Origin: an uncultured Trueperaceae bacterium | GTDB taxonomy: Bacteria > Deinococcota > Deinococci > Deinococcales > Trueperaceae | Reading direction: 5' to 3' | NCBI GenBank assembly: GCA_963815215.1 | Contig: CAWFFU010000011.1 | Span: 576,001-640,000, forward strand | DNA: 64,000 bases | Shown: positions 19,358 through 28,860 of the stretch, one piece after another | Layout of the letters: each line of letters begins with the position of its first letter | How positions within the stretch are numbered: position 1 is the stretch's first letter | Position numbers and translations under genes: made by a program | The notes under the pieces: generated by a model | Told to the model about the DNA's origin: nothing | What the model saw: the letters and a program-made list of their open reading frames with translations, nothing else | Databases searched by the model: none

Positions 19358-20625
19358 CTACCTCGGACCGGCCTGCCCCCCTCGTAGAGCGTCCCAGATC
19401 GGAACCTCTCGAGGGTCCACACAGGCCTTGGCGAAGAGATACATCCCTGCCGACCATGCCTGATACGGATGACCCATCGCGCGCCCGGACAGGCCATGGA
19501 TCCACTCGTTGAACTCCCACTCGTTATGCTTTCCTTCGCGGTTGGCCCGCGCAAGGTCCTCCAGGCTGCCCCGTGCAGCTTCGATCGATCCTGCTTGCAC
19601 CAGCGCCGCAACGTGGAAGCCCCCCAGGAAGGGCCATGCACCCCCGTTGTGGTACTGGTGCGGAAGATTGAGGTTCCGGCTCCTGAAGTACTCCCGCCAA
19701 TCCCGGTCACCCGGGTAGACCGGAGGGTAGAACGCCCTCAGCGGGAACGGCTGATCGGCTCCCACGGCGCGCACGTGCTCGAGGATACGATGGGCCTTCG
19801 CGTCGCTCGCAATGCCGAACAGAATCGCGAGCATGTTTCCAAAACCGTCGAAGACCGTGCCAAACTCACGGAAGCCCACCAGGGAAGATAGTACGGAGCC
19901 TCGGTCAGGGTGGCGGTGTTCTGGTATAGGAGGAACCACTCCAACCGCATGCCCTTCAGCCGGTCGAGCTGGCGTCCGAACGCCTCGCCGTCCCACGGCC
20001 GATCTAGCCACATCAAGGCGTTGATACGCTCGGCAACGTCGCCGGCCTGATCTCGGTACGGTTGGCCCGCCTCGCCTACGGATTCTGCCATCGCTGCCAT
20101 GGCCCGTAGCGCGGCCACGAACAAGACGTTGTCGTAGAGCACGTTGTACCGGACCGAGTACAGGTCGGCCCAGTCCCCGGCTTCGGGCACCTCGAGGAGC
20201 CCGCAGGCGTTCATGTCCTGGTAGCGGAGCCACGTGAGGGCCCGCTCGAGAATCGGCCACTGAGCACGCAAGAAGGCATCGTCTGGGCGGACCGAGAGGT
20301 AGGCATGGTGCCCAAGGATGAACCACAGGTTGGCGTCCACCGCGCCTGCGTTCTCCGTCGTGACGTCGCCCGTGCGCGTGTCCACGTTCAGGTGGATCAT
20401 GCCGAGGTCCGTCTGGGTACTCGCCAACGACACTAGCGACGCGCGGACACCATCGATCAGCTCGTCGTCGCCCGAGACGAGAGCGCCCATCGACGTGATA
20501 GGGGCGTCACGCCCCCACACCTGCGGATAGCCGCTGTGAAGCGCAGATGCCTTATACCCAAAGCTCGTCAGGCACTCGCGTAGAACCGACTTTGCGCGCT
20601 CCGCAGCTTCCTCCACGATGCTCAT
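19358..20625 (-). pseudogene. (alpha/alpha)6-barrel glycoside hydrolase (GH100/alkaline invertase-like); frameshifted near 19880, possibly a sequencing error
   Basis: Frame 1 gives YPQVWGRD...DANLWF...DWAD...YDNVL...PYYLPW; frame 2 continues VGFREFG...HQYHNGGAWPFLGG...FNEWIHG...QAWSA. One extra G (CCCTGG[G]TGGGC) joins them. Confidence 0.8.
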
Positions 20626-20647
20626 CGACTCGGCTCCCTTTCCACGC

Positions 20648-21553
20648 TCAGCGCCCACCAAGTCCGGTAAGCGTGATGCCACGGATGAAGTATCGCTGCG
20701 CGACCATGAATACCAGTAGGACTGGAAGCAGGGCCACCACCGACCCTGCCATGAGAAGCGTCCACGCGGTGTTGTACTGCCCCTGCAACGTCCGGAGACC
20801 GACCGTGAGCGTGTTCATGCCGACGCTATTGGTGACGACCAACGGGAAAAGGAAGCTGTTCCACTGGAACAGGAAGGTGAAGATGGCCAGTGCAGACAGC
20901 GCGGGTCCCGACAGTGGGAGGATGACGCGGAGGTAGATCTGGAACCGGCTAGCGCCGTCGACGACGGCGGCGTCTTCCAACTCATTCGGGATGGTGAGGA
21001 AGAACTGACGCAGGAGGAAGGTGCCGAATGCGCTGAATGCGGCCGGCAGGATCAAGCCCTGATAGGTGTTGATCCAACCGAGGTAACGCAACAGGATGAA
21101 GTTAGGGATGATCACCACCTGGCCAGGGATCATCAGCGTTCCGAGGTACCCCAGGAAGAGGGCGTCGCGACCCGGGAAGCGTAGCCTCGCGAAGGCGTAG
21201 GCCGCCAGCGAGCTGGTCACCAGTTGGAGAACGGTGACCGATGCAGCCACGATGAAACTATTGAGGAAGAACCGCGCGAACGGAAGGACCGTGAAGACCT
21301 TGATGTAGTTCCCCCACTCGATGGGATGCGGGATCAGATTCGGCGGGTACTCGAAGACCTGGCCGCTGGTCTTGAGGGACGTGGAGATCATCCAGATGAA
21401 CGGCGCCACCAGGAACAAGGCCGTCGGCACCAGGATCAGGGCCAGGAGCCACTGGCCCACCGTGTGAGCACCGAGCCTCCTGCGCATGATCTTGGTGCGG
21501 TGAGGAAGACGCTGCGCGCGGGTGGCGTGGGGGACGATCGAAGGCTCAGCCAT
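20648..21553 (-). CDS. Carbohydrate ABC transporter permease
   Basis: AAYAFARLRFPG, IPNELEDAAVVDGAS, QRYFIRGI. Confidence 0.93.
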   Translation of the reverse strand: MAEPSIVPHATRAQRLPHRTKIMRRRLGAHTVGQWLLALILVPTALFLVAPFIWMISTSLKTSGQVFEYPPNLIPHPIEWGNYIKVFTVLPFARFFLNSFIVAASVTVLQLVTSSLAAYAFARLRFPGRDALFLGYLGTLMIPGQVVIIPNFILLRYLGWINTYQGLILPAAFSAFGTFLLRQFFLTIPNELEDAAVVDGASRFQIYLRVILPLSGPALSALAIFTFLFQWNSFLFPLVVTNSVGMNTLTVGLRTLQGQYNTAWTLLMAGSVVALLPVLLVFMVAQRYFIRGITLTGLGGR

Positions 21554-22469
21554 AGTGCACCCACCGTTGCTGGTAGCGGAACTGGGCCAGCGTGACGACG
21601 AAGATGATGCCGAACAGCACCCAGGCCATCGCTGCCGCATATCCCATGTGGAAGTACTGGAAGGCGTTGCGATAGATATGGAAGACGATGGTATTGGTGG
21701 CGTTCGCCGGACCGCCTTCCGTCATGATCAGAGCCTGATCGAAGACCTGGAACGAGTTTATGACAGAGATGACCATGACAAAGAATGTCGTGGGCGTGAG
21801 CATGGGCACCGTGATGAAGAAGAACCGCTGGATCGAACTGGCGCCGTCGATGCGGGCTGCCTCATGGAGGTGAGCAGGGACGCCCTGCAGACCGGCGAGG
21901 AACAGCACCATCGAGTAGCCGATCTGCTGCCACACACTCATGATCATGATGGCGGGGAGCGCCCAATGCGTGCTGGCCAGCCAGTTCGGCGGATGACTCA
22001 TGCCGAGCGCATACAGGGCCTCATTCAGGAGCCCGAAGTCGGCGTTGAAGATCCATCGCCACACCAATGCCACGGCGACCGTGGACGCCACCACCGGCAT
22101 GAAGAAGGCTGTCCGGAAGAACAGCTTGCCAGGGATCTCCTGGTTCAGCGCCAGGGCCACCAGCAACGCGATAGCCATCTGCGCCGGGACCGTCCCGAGG
22201 ACGTAGATCGCCGTGTTCCGCAGCACCTGTCCGAAGAGCGGGTCCTGCATGAGTTGCGCATAGTTTGCCAGACCCACCCACTTGGCCGGCTGGAGGAGAT
22301 CCCAGTTGGTGAGGCTTATCACGAGGGCTGCAAGCACCGGAACGAGCGTGAAGATCAAGAAGCCGATCAGATTGGGAAGTAGGAAGCCATAAGCAGCCCA
22401 GACCTCACCACGACCCAGTCTTCGCCGAGGTCGCCGCGCCCGGGAATGTAGAGAGGTCTGGGCTGACAT
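21546..22469 (-). CDS. Carbohydrate ABC transporter permease
   Basis: WVGLANY, LAGLQGVP..LHEAARIDGAS, MGYAAA. Confidence 0.93.
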   Translation of the reverse strand: MSAQTSLHSRARRPRRRLGRGEVWAAYGFLLPNLIGFLIFTLVPVLAALVISLTNWDLLQPAKWVGLANYAQLMQDPLFGQVLRNTAIYVLGTVPAQMAIALLVALALNQEIPGKLFFRTAFFMPVVASTVAVALVWRWIFNADFGLLNEALYALGMSHPPNWLASTHWALPAIMIMSVWQQIGYSMVLFLAGLQGVPAHLHEAARIDGASSIQRFFFITVPMLTPTTFFVMVISVINSFQVFDQALIMTEGGPANATNTIVFHIYRNAFQYFHMGYAAAMAWVLFGIIFVVTLAQFRYQQRWVHYG

Positions 22470-22471
22470 GG

Positions 22472-23338
22472 TCAGGTCTCGATTCCGAACATGCGTGCTG
22501 CGTTCTGGTAGAAGATCATGTCCCGCTGTTCCTCACTCAACCCCATCTCGGTGAACGCCCGGTTCCACTCCTCCGCGTCTCGCTTCATGCGGTCGAGATC
22601 GCAGTCCGAGCCGTAGACCAGCTTTTCGGGACGGATCTCGTTCATGATGTAACCGCCATCAATGATGTGGCGGCGCACGACATCACCACCCGAGACATCG
22701 AAGAAGAGGCGGGGGCGCCAGCGCGCGATCGCGCAAGCCGTCCTGTAATCGGGCCAGCCGAGGTGCGCACCGATGATGAACAACTCTGGGAAGTGGAACG
22801 CGATCGTGTCCAGGTAGATTGGCTGCATGCGCGCCGACGAGAAGCCGTACCTTCTTCCGCGTGCCTCGCGGCTGAGCTTCGTGACGAGCTTTTCCTCCTC
22901 AGGACCCGTCGGAGGCGCCTTCCAGGCATCCTCCGAACCACCCGCGAGGTAGTCGACTGGCCCGCCGAGGATGCCGGTGTGGAACAGGATGCGTAGACCC
23001 CGAGCCTGCGCCTTCTCGTAGTAGCGGAAGTAGGCCTCGTCGTCGTAGTTCCGAGACGGGCCGAGCGTCTTGATGCCGTGGAATCCACGGTCGGCGAACT
23101 CGTCGATGAGGCTGGGCGGATCTTCGTCCAAACGGAGCCAGCCCATACCCATGATCAGGTCTGGGTAGGTCTCAACGGCCGTCTGGAGCTGGTCGTGACC
23201 TCGGGGACCCGGCGTCCCGAGAAGCGCGATCCTCTGGATCCCTATCTCTTCGGCCTTGTCTCGGAGGGCTTCGAGGAAGCCCTCCGAGCGGTTACGGTCC
23301 CACCAGAAGTAGTGGACGTGTGTATCAATGAGGCGCAT
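22472..23338 (-). CDS. Amidohydrolase superfamily metallo-hydrolase (Amidohydro_2-like)
   Basis: IDTHVH, GIK, FHTG, AHLG, DVS, YGSD, IFYQNAARMF. Confidence 0.85.
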   Translation of the reverse strand: MRLIDTHVHYFWWDRNRSEGFLEALRDKAEEIGIQRIALLGTPGPRGHDQLQTAVETYPDLIMGMGWLRLDEDPPSLIDEFADRGFHGIKTLGPSRNYDDEAYFRYYEKAQARGLRILFHTGILGGPVDYLAGGSEDAWKAPPTGPEEEKLVTKLSREARGRRYGFSSARMQPIYLDTIAFHFPELFIIGAHLGWPDYRTACAIARWRPRLFFDVSGGDVVRRHIIDGGYIMNEIRPEKLVYGSDCDLDRMKRDAEEWNRAFTEMGLSEEQRDMIFYQNAARMFGIET

Positions 23339-24582
23339 TATTGGCCTAGCTTCGCCTGAGCCTGCTTGGCGATGATCGGAAGCTCCTCTGCCGCGGTCTT
23401 CTCGCCGTTCCAGACGAGATCGAGGCCGGGAACGACGATCGTCCCTTCGATCTCGGACCAGCCGGGGAACACTGGGAACAGGCGGCCGTTGGCCGTTTCG
23501 TCGATGAAGACCTGACGGTCAACCCCCTTGGGTGGGGCGGACTCGAACGCCTGCGCGGTCTGGGGCGAATTGTACGCAGGCACGGCCAAACCGGTCTTGG
23601 CAAAGATCGCCTGACCCTGCGGGCCTGACAGGAACTTCAGGAAGGTCCAGGCCGCGGCCTTGTTCTTGGACGTGGAGGACATGACGTAGCCGGCTCCACC
23701 CGCCGTGTTGGCCCGGATGCCCGTCGGCCCCATGGGCAACGGCGCCACATCCCACTTGAAGTCGACCTTCGCGAAGGTGGGGAGGCGCGCGGCGTTGGTC
23801 ATGACCATCGCCACACGGCCCGTGCTGAACAGCTCGGTGGTGCTGCCGAGCTGCTGCATCGCGTCGAAGCTAGGAACCGACTTATCCTTCAGGATCATGT
23901 CGGCAACGAACTGAATCGCCTTCACGGCCGCGGGCTGATCCATCAGGAACTTGGTGGCGTGAAGCGGGTTATCGACGACGCTGCCGCCATTCTGATACAC
24001 CCACAGCGGGTACTTGTTCTTCTCGATTGCCAACCCGTACTGCACCGTGCGGCCGCGCGCATCCTGCTTCGTCAGCTTCTTGGCTGCAGACTTCAGATCA
24101 CTCCACTTCCATTTGTTCGTCGGATATGCAACCCCGGCAGCGTCGAACAGGTCCTTGTTGTAATAGAGCACTGTCGTGTCGTTGTCGCGCGGGAATCCGT
24201 AGACCTTCCCGTCGTAGCTGAAGATCTTCATCAGGTCCGCGTAGTAGTTGCCAACCGCGAAGTTGTCCTTGGCGATGTAGCTGTCGAGCGGCTCGAGCAC
24301 GCCGCGCGAGGCGTAGCTCGGGATCTCATTCAGGAACATGATGTCGGGCGCCGTACCGCCAGCCATCTCCGTCTGGATCTTGTCGAAGTAGCTACTCCAG
24401 GGATAGTGCTCCGTCTTGATCTTGATGTCGGGGTGCGCGGCCTCGAAGGCCTTGATGACCTCAAAATTGGGGGGAAGCTCGCCGGGGTCGCCCCAGAACG
24501 ACCACGTGATCGTGGTCTGCGCTACGGCAGTCGCAAGGGCGGCGAAAGCAACGATCATAAGCAGTATGCGAATTCTAGACAT
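23338..24582 (-). CDS. Sugar ABC transporter substrate-binding protein
   Basis: Signal peptide ending AVAQ; AGGTAPDI, YGFP, LYYNKDLFDAAGV. Confidence 0.92.
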   Translation of the reverse strand: MSRIRILLMIVAFAALATAVAQTTITWSFWGDPGELPPNFEVIKAFEAAHPDIKIKTEHYPWSSYFDKIQTEMAGGTAPDIMFLNEIPSYASRGVLEPLDSYIAKDNFAVGNYYADLMKIFSYDGKVYGFPRDNDTTVLYYNKDLFDAAGVAYPTNKWKWSDLKSAAKKLTKQDARGRTVQYGLAIEKNKYPLWVYQNGGSVVDNPLHATKFLMDQPAAVKAIQFVADMILKDKSVPSFDAMQQLGSTTELFSTGRVAMVMTNAARLPTFAKVDFKWDVAPLPMGPTGIRANTAGGAGYVMSSTSKNKAAAWTFLKFLSGPQGQAIFAKTGLAVPAYNSPQTAQAFESAPPKGVDRQVFIDETANGRLFPVFPGWSEIEGTIVVPGLDLVWNGEKTAAEELPIIAKQAQAKLGQ

Positions 24583-24639
24583 CCGGGTGCTCCTAGCTGA
24601 GAAGACGAGAGGTGTCGGCGTCGAGGCGCCTTCCGAGCG

Positions 24640-25821
24640 TCACTCTGAACGCGAGTCCGTCGAGAACCCCACCCCCTCTCCCAAGGCATGCTCCAAGATT
24701 CGTTGGCTTCCCGATGCCACCGCAGCCGTCACTGCGCCTCGCAAGCCGGCGTCGTCACCAAGCTTCGAGAGAGCGATCACGGGACGAGAAGGCGATACGG
24801 CGTCCAAGCGGGCCTTCAGTGCGGGCAGGTAGGGTGCGCATCGCATACCGATGCCCCCTCCGATGACAACGACGTCCGGGTCGAGTAGGGTCACGATCCC
24901 TGTCAGCATCCAGGCCAGCGACTCGACGAAACGGTCGACGACCTCCTTGCCGGGTCCTTCGCCGAGGTCCGCCTCGTCGAAAGCGGCGTGCGGATCCCCG
25001 AGACCACCAAGGCTGCGATGCGCCGCCGCAACGCCGGGCCCGGACAATATCTGCTCCATGTTGCCCGCACCGATCAAGGAGGCAGGAAGATAGCCCACTT
25101 CGCCTGCCCGGCCACCGCTCCCCATGAATACCTTCCCATCGAGAACGATCCCACACCCCAGCCCGGTGCCTATGCTCACGAAGACGAATGTCGAAGGCGC
25201 GCCGCCCTCGAAGCAGGCGTGCTCACCTACCGCGGCCAGGTTCACGTCGTTCTGGACCGAAACCGGCTTGCCAACAACGCGCTGAATGTCCGCTTCGATC
25301 CTCTGGCCCTCGAGGGCCGGGATGTTCGGGATGAAGCTCAGTCGACGGGTGATGGGGTCGATCACTCCAGGCGTCCCTATGGTCACCGACAGTACGGACG
25401 CGTAGTCGACAGCCGCAGTCCGCACCACCTCCCTGACCATGTCATTGAGCTGCTGGACAACGGCATCGACAGACTGCGTGCACGTCCGTGCACGTTGGGT
25501 CGCCAGGATCTTTCCGTCAAGATCCGCCAGGCCCGTGCGAACCGTCGTGCCACCCAGATCGACGCCCACGAAGTGACCGGCTGAGGGGTTGAACTGCATG
25601 AGCAAGGGTGGGCGGCCCCCTGCGCTCTTGCCGTGCCCAACGAACGACACGAGTCCAGCCTCCTGCAGGGCTCGGATCAGGTTAGACACCGTGGGTTTGC
25701 TCAGCCCAGTGCGGCGCGACAACTCAGCCCGCGACAGCGGGCCGAGTTGTCGTATGGAATGCAACACACGCAGCACTGCCCGCCCCCTTCCGGCATCGCT
25801 TCTAGAAACCGAGCGGCCCAC
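24640..25821 (-). CDS. ROK family transcriptional repressor
   Basis: HTH SRAELSRRTGLSKPTVS, GGRP, GVDLGGT, NDVN, GTGLGCG, GEVGY. Confidence 0.92.
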   Translation of the reverse strand: MGRSVSRSDAGRGRAVLRVLHSIRQLGPLSRAELSRRTGLSKPTVSNLIRALQEAGLVSFVGHGKSAGGRPPLLMQFNPSAGHFVGVDLGGTTVRTGLADLDGKILATQRARTCTQSVDAVVQQLNDMVREVVRTAAVDYASVLSVTIGTPGVIDPITRRLSFIPNIPALEGQRIEADIQRVVGKPVSVQNDVNLAAVGEHACFEGGAPSTFVFVSIGTGLGCGIVLDGKVFMGSGGRAGEVGYLPASLIGAGNMEQILSGPGVAAAHRSLGGLGDPHAAFDEADLGEGPGKEVVDRFVESLAWMLTGIVTLLDPDVVVIGGGIGMRCAPYLPALKARLDAVSPSRPVIALSKLGDDAGLRGAVTAAVASGSQRILEHALGEGVGFSTDSRSE

Positions 25822-25838
25822 ACATTCTCGTTGAGTTC

Positions 25839-25874
25839 GTTAGTAACCTTACCTAAGTAACTGGAATCTGTCAA
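25839..25874 (-). promoter_or_regulatory. Promoter of the ROK operon with an overlapping ROK-type operator
   Basis: Minus strand TTGACA (25874-25869), 17 nt, TAAGGT (25851-25846). The AT-rich 23-bp imperfect palindrome GTTAGTAACCTTACCTAAGTAAC (25839-25861) covers the -10. Confidence 0.7.
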
Positions 25875-25905
25875 CATGGAAGAATCAAGGGGAACCGAGG
25901 ACACC

Positions 25906-27239
25906 ATGAACCGTATCGAGACGCAAATCCGAGCCGTGCTACCGGTTGCGGCCGCCGATGCCATCGCAATTCGTAGGGACTTCCACATGCACCCAGAGCT
26001 CGGCTGGACGGAGTTCCGTACCGCCAGCCTGATCGCACGCCACCTCAGTGACCTCGGCTTCGAGCTGCGGCTCGGCCGGGAAGCGGTGGCGTCAGACGCT
26101 AGGGTGGGCGTCCCTCCGGCCATCGAGATTGAGCGCGCGTACGCCCTTGCCCGACGGCAGGGCGCGGCGGCAGAGTACCTCGAGGCATTCGAGGGGGGGC
26201 ACACGGCTGTGATCGGTACGATGCACGGAAGCGCCCCCGGCCCGACGACGGCGATCCGTGTGGACGTCGACGCCCTCCCGATCCAGGAGGACGCCACGCT
26301 CTTGCACACGCCCACACGTGAGGGTTTCGCCTCAATCCGAGCCGGCTGCATGCATGCTTGCGGCCACGATGCCCACGCGGCCATCGGCATCGGACTCGCT
26401 CGCGTGCTGAGCGAACTTCGCGTGGGCCTCGCCGGTACCGTGAAGCTCCTGTTCCAGCCCGCCGAGGAAGGGGACGCGGCGCCCTCCCGATGGTGGAGGC
26501 CGGGGCCGTCGACGACGTCGACGCCTTCATCGCCATCCACATCGGCATGGCAGCGCCCAGCGGCAAGCTAATGCCGAGGGTCGACGGGCACCTTGCGAGC
26601 GCCAAGTTCGACGTCCGATTCGAGGGCGCCTCCGCGCATGCCGGGGCGCGCCCCGACGAAGGCAAGAACGCGCTGCTCGCCGCCGCCCAGGCGGCGATGG
26701 GCCTCCATGCCATCCCCCGACACCACGCGGGGCGCTCCCGCGTGAACGTCGGCGCCCTGCGTGCTGGATCGGCGAGGAACACGATCGCCGATCGGGCCAC
26801 GATGCTCGCCGACGTCCGTGGCGACACCGACGACATCGTCGACTACCTGCTCGCTCGTTCCCGGGCTGTGGTAGAAGGCGCCGCCCTGGCGCACGAGGTC
26901 ACCGCAACGTTCGAGCTGGCCGGGCGCACGACGGTCGCCGACTCCGATCCTGAGCTGGCGCTGATCGTCGCTGAGGCCGCCGCAGGCACCCCGGGCCTGG
27001 TCGTCGATCCGTCACCGTTCCCCGCCTACGGCAGCGAGGATGCCACGTACCTCATGCGCCAAGTCCAGGAGCGTGGCGGCAGGGCCATCTACGCGGTGAT
27101 CGGCTCGGACCTCGCGTCTGGACACCACACCCCTCGGTTCGACGTGGACGAGGCAACGTTCGGACCCGCAATCGAGGCCCTGGCGCGGACCGTGCTGGAC
27201 CTGGGACGGAACGGCAGACACACGGATCCCGCGCGATGA
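25906..27239 (+). pseudogene. M20D family amidohydrolase (AbgA-like); frameshifted at the G-run 26470-26473, possibly a sequencing error
   Basis: RRDFHMHPELGWTE, RVDVDALP, MHACGHDAH, FQPAEEG, then a second frame continues GRGALPMV...HAG...GSEDA...GHHTPRFD. Confidence 0.85.
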
Positions 27240-27420
27240 CAGAAGGATCGTCCGGGACGCGCGCCGTGGTTGCAGAAACCATCGCGGCTGGATCGCCCAA
27301 TTCTTGGCCACCCTCCAACCGTCCGGAAGCTCTGGCGCGACCCCGACGTATCGGCCGCCCCAAGGTTCGCTGACGGTTCATTCCGCCTCCACGACCGACT
27401 CACCCTCATCGCTCTCTGAG

Positions 27421-27447
27421 GCCCCCGGTCCCGTTGGGATCGGGGGC
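27421..27447 (+). terminator. Terminator-like hairpin
   Basis: GCCCCCGGTCCC-GTT-GGGATCGGGGGC, 12-bp stem with one G-U pair. Confidence 0.5.
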
Positions 27448-27524
27448 TGCTCAGGCCCAAGGGTCGCGGCGCGACCGCGTCCCGTCACGCCGCTGGGTCG
27501 GCGCGGTGACGGTCGAACGGCCCC

Positions 27525-27555
27525 TTGACACCCCCTATTTTACCCGGGTAATATA
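27525..27555 (+). promoter_or_regulatory. Promoter with an overlapping palindromic operator upstream of DUF2239
   Basis: TTGACA (27525), 18 nt, TAATAT (27549); palindrome TATTTTACCCGGGTAATATA (27536-27555) with perfect core TTACCCGGGTAA. Confidence 0.75.
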
Positions 27556-27582
27556 ACTGCGCCAAGGAACGGCGTCGATCTT

Positions 27583-28224
27583 ATGCCCCATCCCCACTCG
27601 GAATCCTGCACCGCCTTCGCGGGCCACCGGCTGCTGCGCTCCGGCTCTCTTGTCGAGGTCGCACGGGCCGTCAAGACCGCGGCGGACGGCGGCTCCAACG
27701 ACCCGATCCTCGTCTTCGACGACGCCACCGGACGCGTCGTCGACCTGGACCTTCGCGGCACCGAAGCCGACGTCGTCGGCAGACTGGTGCGCACCGCCGA
27801 CGGCGACGCCCGGCGACGCGAACCTGGCGGCAGCGAGCCGGAGGTGGCCGCGAGCCGCGGGGCCACCCAGCCGAGGGGCCCGGGACGGCCGAAGCTGGGC
27901 GTGGTCGCACGCGAGGTCACCCTCCTCCCCCGACACTGGGAGTGGCTGGCCGCCCAGCCGTCGGGAGCGTCTGCCGCCCTCCGGCGGTTGGTGGACGAGG
28001 CCCGTCGGATAACCGCCCCCCGGCAGGAACGGCGGGCAGCTCAGGAGGCGGCCTACCGGTTCATGTCGGGGATCGGAGGTGACCTGCCGGGCTACGAGGA
28101 GGCGACACGTGCGCTGTTCGCGGACGACCGGCTTGCCTTCGAGGCCCGCCTCGCGGCGTGGCCCGAGGACGTGCGGGCCCACGCCCTGCACCTGGCCTTC
28201 GGATCTCCGCATCGCTCCAGGTAG
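27583..28224 (+). CDS. DUF2239 family protein
   Basis: CTAFAGHRLL, LVFDDATGRVVDLDLRG, GRPKLGVVAREVTLLPRHWEWL, GDLPGYEEATRALFA. Confidence 0.9.
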   Translation: MPHPHSESCTAFAGHRLLRSGSLVEVARAVKTAADGGSNDPILVFDDATGRVVDLDLRGTEADVVGRLVRTADGDARRREPGGSEPEVAASRGATQPRGPGRPKLGVVAREVTLLPRHWEWLAAQPSGASAALRRLVDEARRITAPRQERRAAQEAAYRFMSGIGGDLPGYEEATRALFADDRLAFEARLAAWPEDVRAHALHLAFGSPHRSR

Positions 28225-28248
28225 TCACCCTTTGCGAAAGGTACCGCC

Positions 28249-28689
28249 ATGAACATCGCCGATCCCATCCGCCATCTCGAACCGACGCAGGAAGCCGGAC
28301 GGGCCTTCATCCAGCGCGACCTGGAAGGCGAAGTCCTCATGCTGAACCTGATGCGCTTGCGACACGTCGCCGACTACTCGGCCCATCCCGAACTCGCGCC
28401 CGACGCGCCCATCAGCGGTGCCGAGGCCTTCGACCGCTACGTCCGCCACACCCTCCCGTTCCTCCACGAGACCGGCGGCGACCTCGTGCTCCTTGCCACC
28501 GGCGGGCCGTTCCTCATCGGCCCCGAACGGGAACGCTGGGACCTCATGATGCTGGTGCGGCAGAGCAGCGCCGCGTCGTTCCTCGCCTTCGCCAGCCATG
28601 AGGGATACCTCACCGGCCTCGGCCATCGCACCGCGGCCCTGGAGGACTCGCGTCTCCTGCCGCTCACCGAGCTGCCGGTCCCGGACTGA
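28249..28689 (+). CDS. DUF1330 domain protein (dimeric alpha/beta barrel)
   Basis: VLMLNLMR, SGAEAFDRY, ERWD, HRTAALEDSRL. Confidence 0.8.
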   Translation: MNIADPIRHLEPTQEAGRAFIQRDLEGEVLMLNLMRLRHVADYSAHPELAPDAPISGAEAFDRYVRHTLPFLHETGGDLVLLATGGPFLIGPERERWDLMMLVRQSSAASFLAFASHEGYLTGLGHRTAALEDSRLLPLTELPVPD

Positions 28690-28860
28690 CGCCGGGCCCG
28701 CACCCCGATGAAGCCGTGCGGTGCGGCGCCACCGGGACCCGCAGGGGACCTGGTCCTCCTCGGCCACCCGATCGGAGGCTCCTGTCCGGTGTGAGAATCC
28801 CCATTCGTCCGCTAGGAGTTCGCGGCCGCCGACACCTGGCGTTAAAGGAAACCGACAGGG

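Noticed and set aside
26461..26490. Programmed ribosomal frameshift at the two frameshift sites
   Set aside because: No convincing slippery heptamer with a stimulatory structure, and no precedent known to me in these families; a homopolymer indel is simpler.
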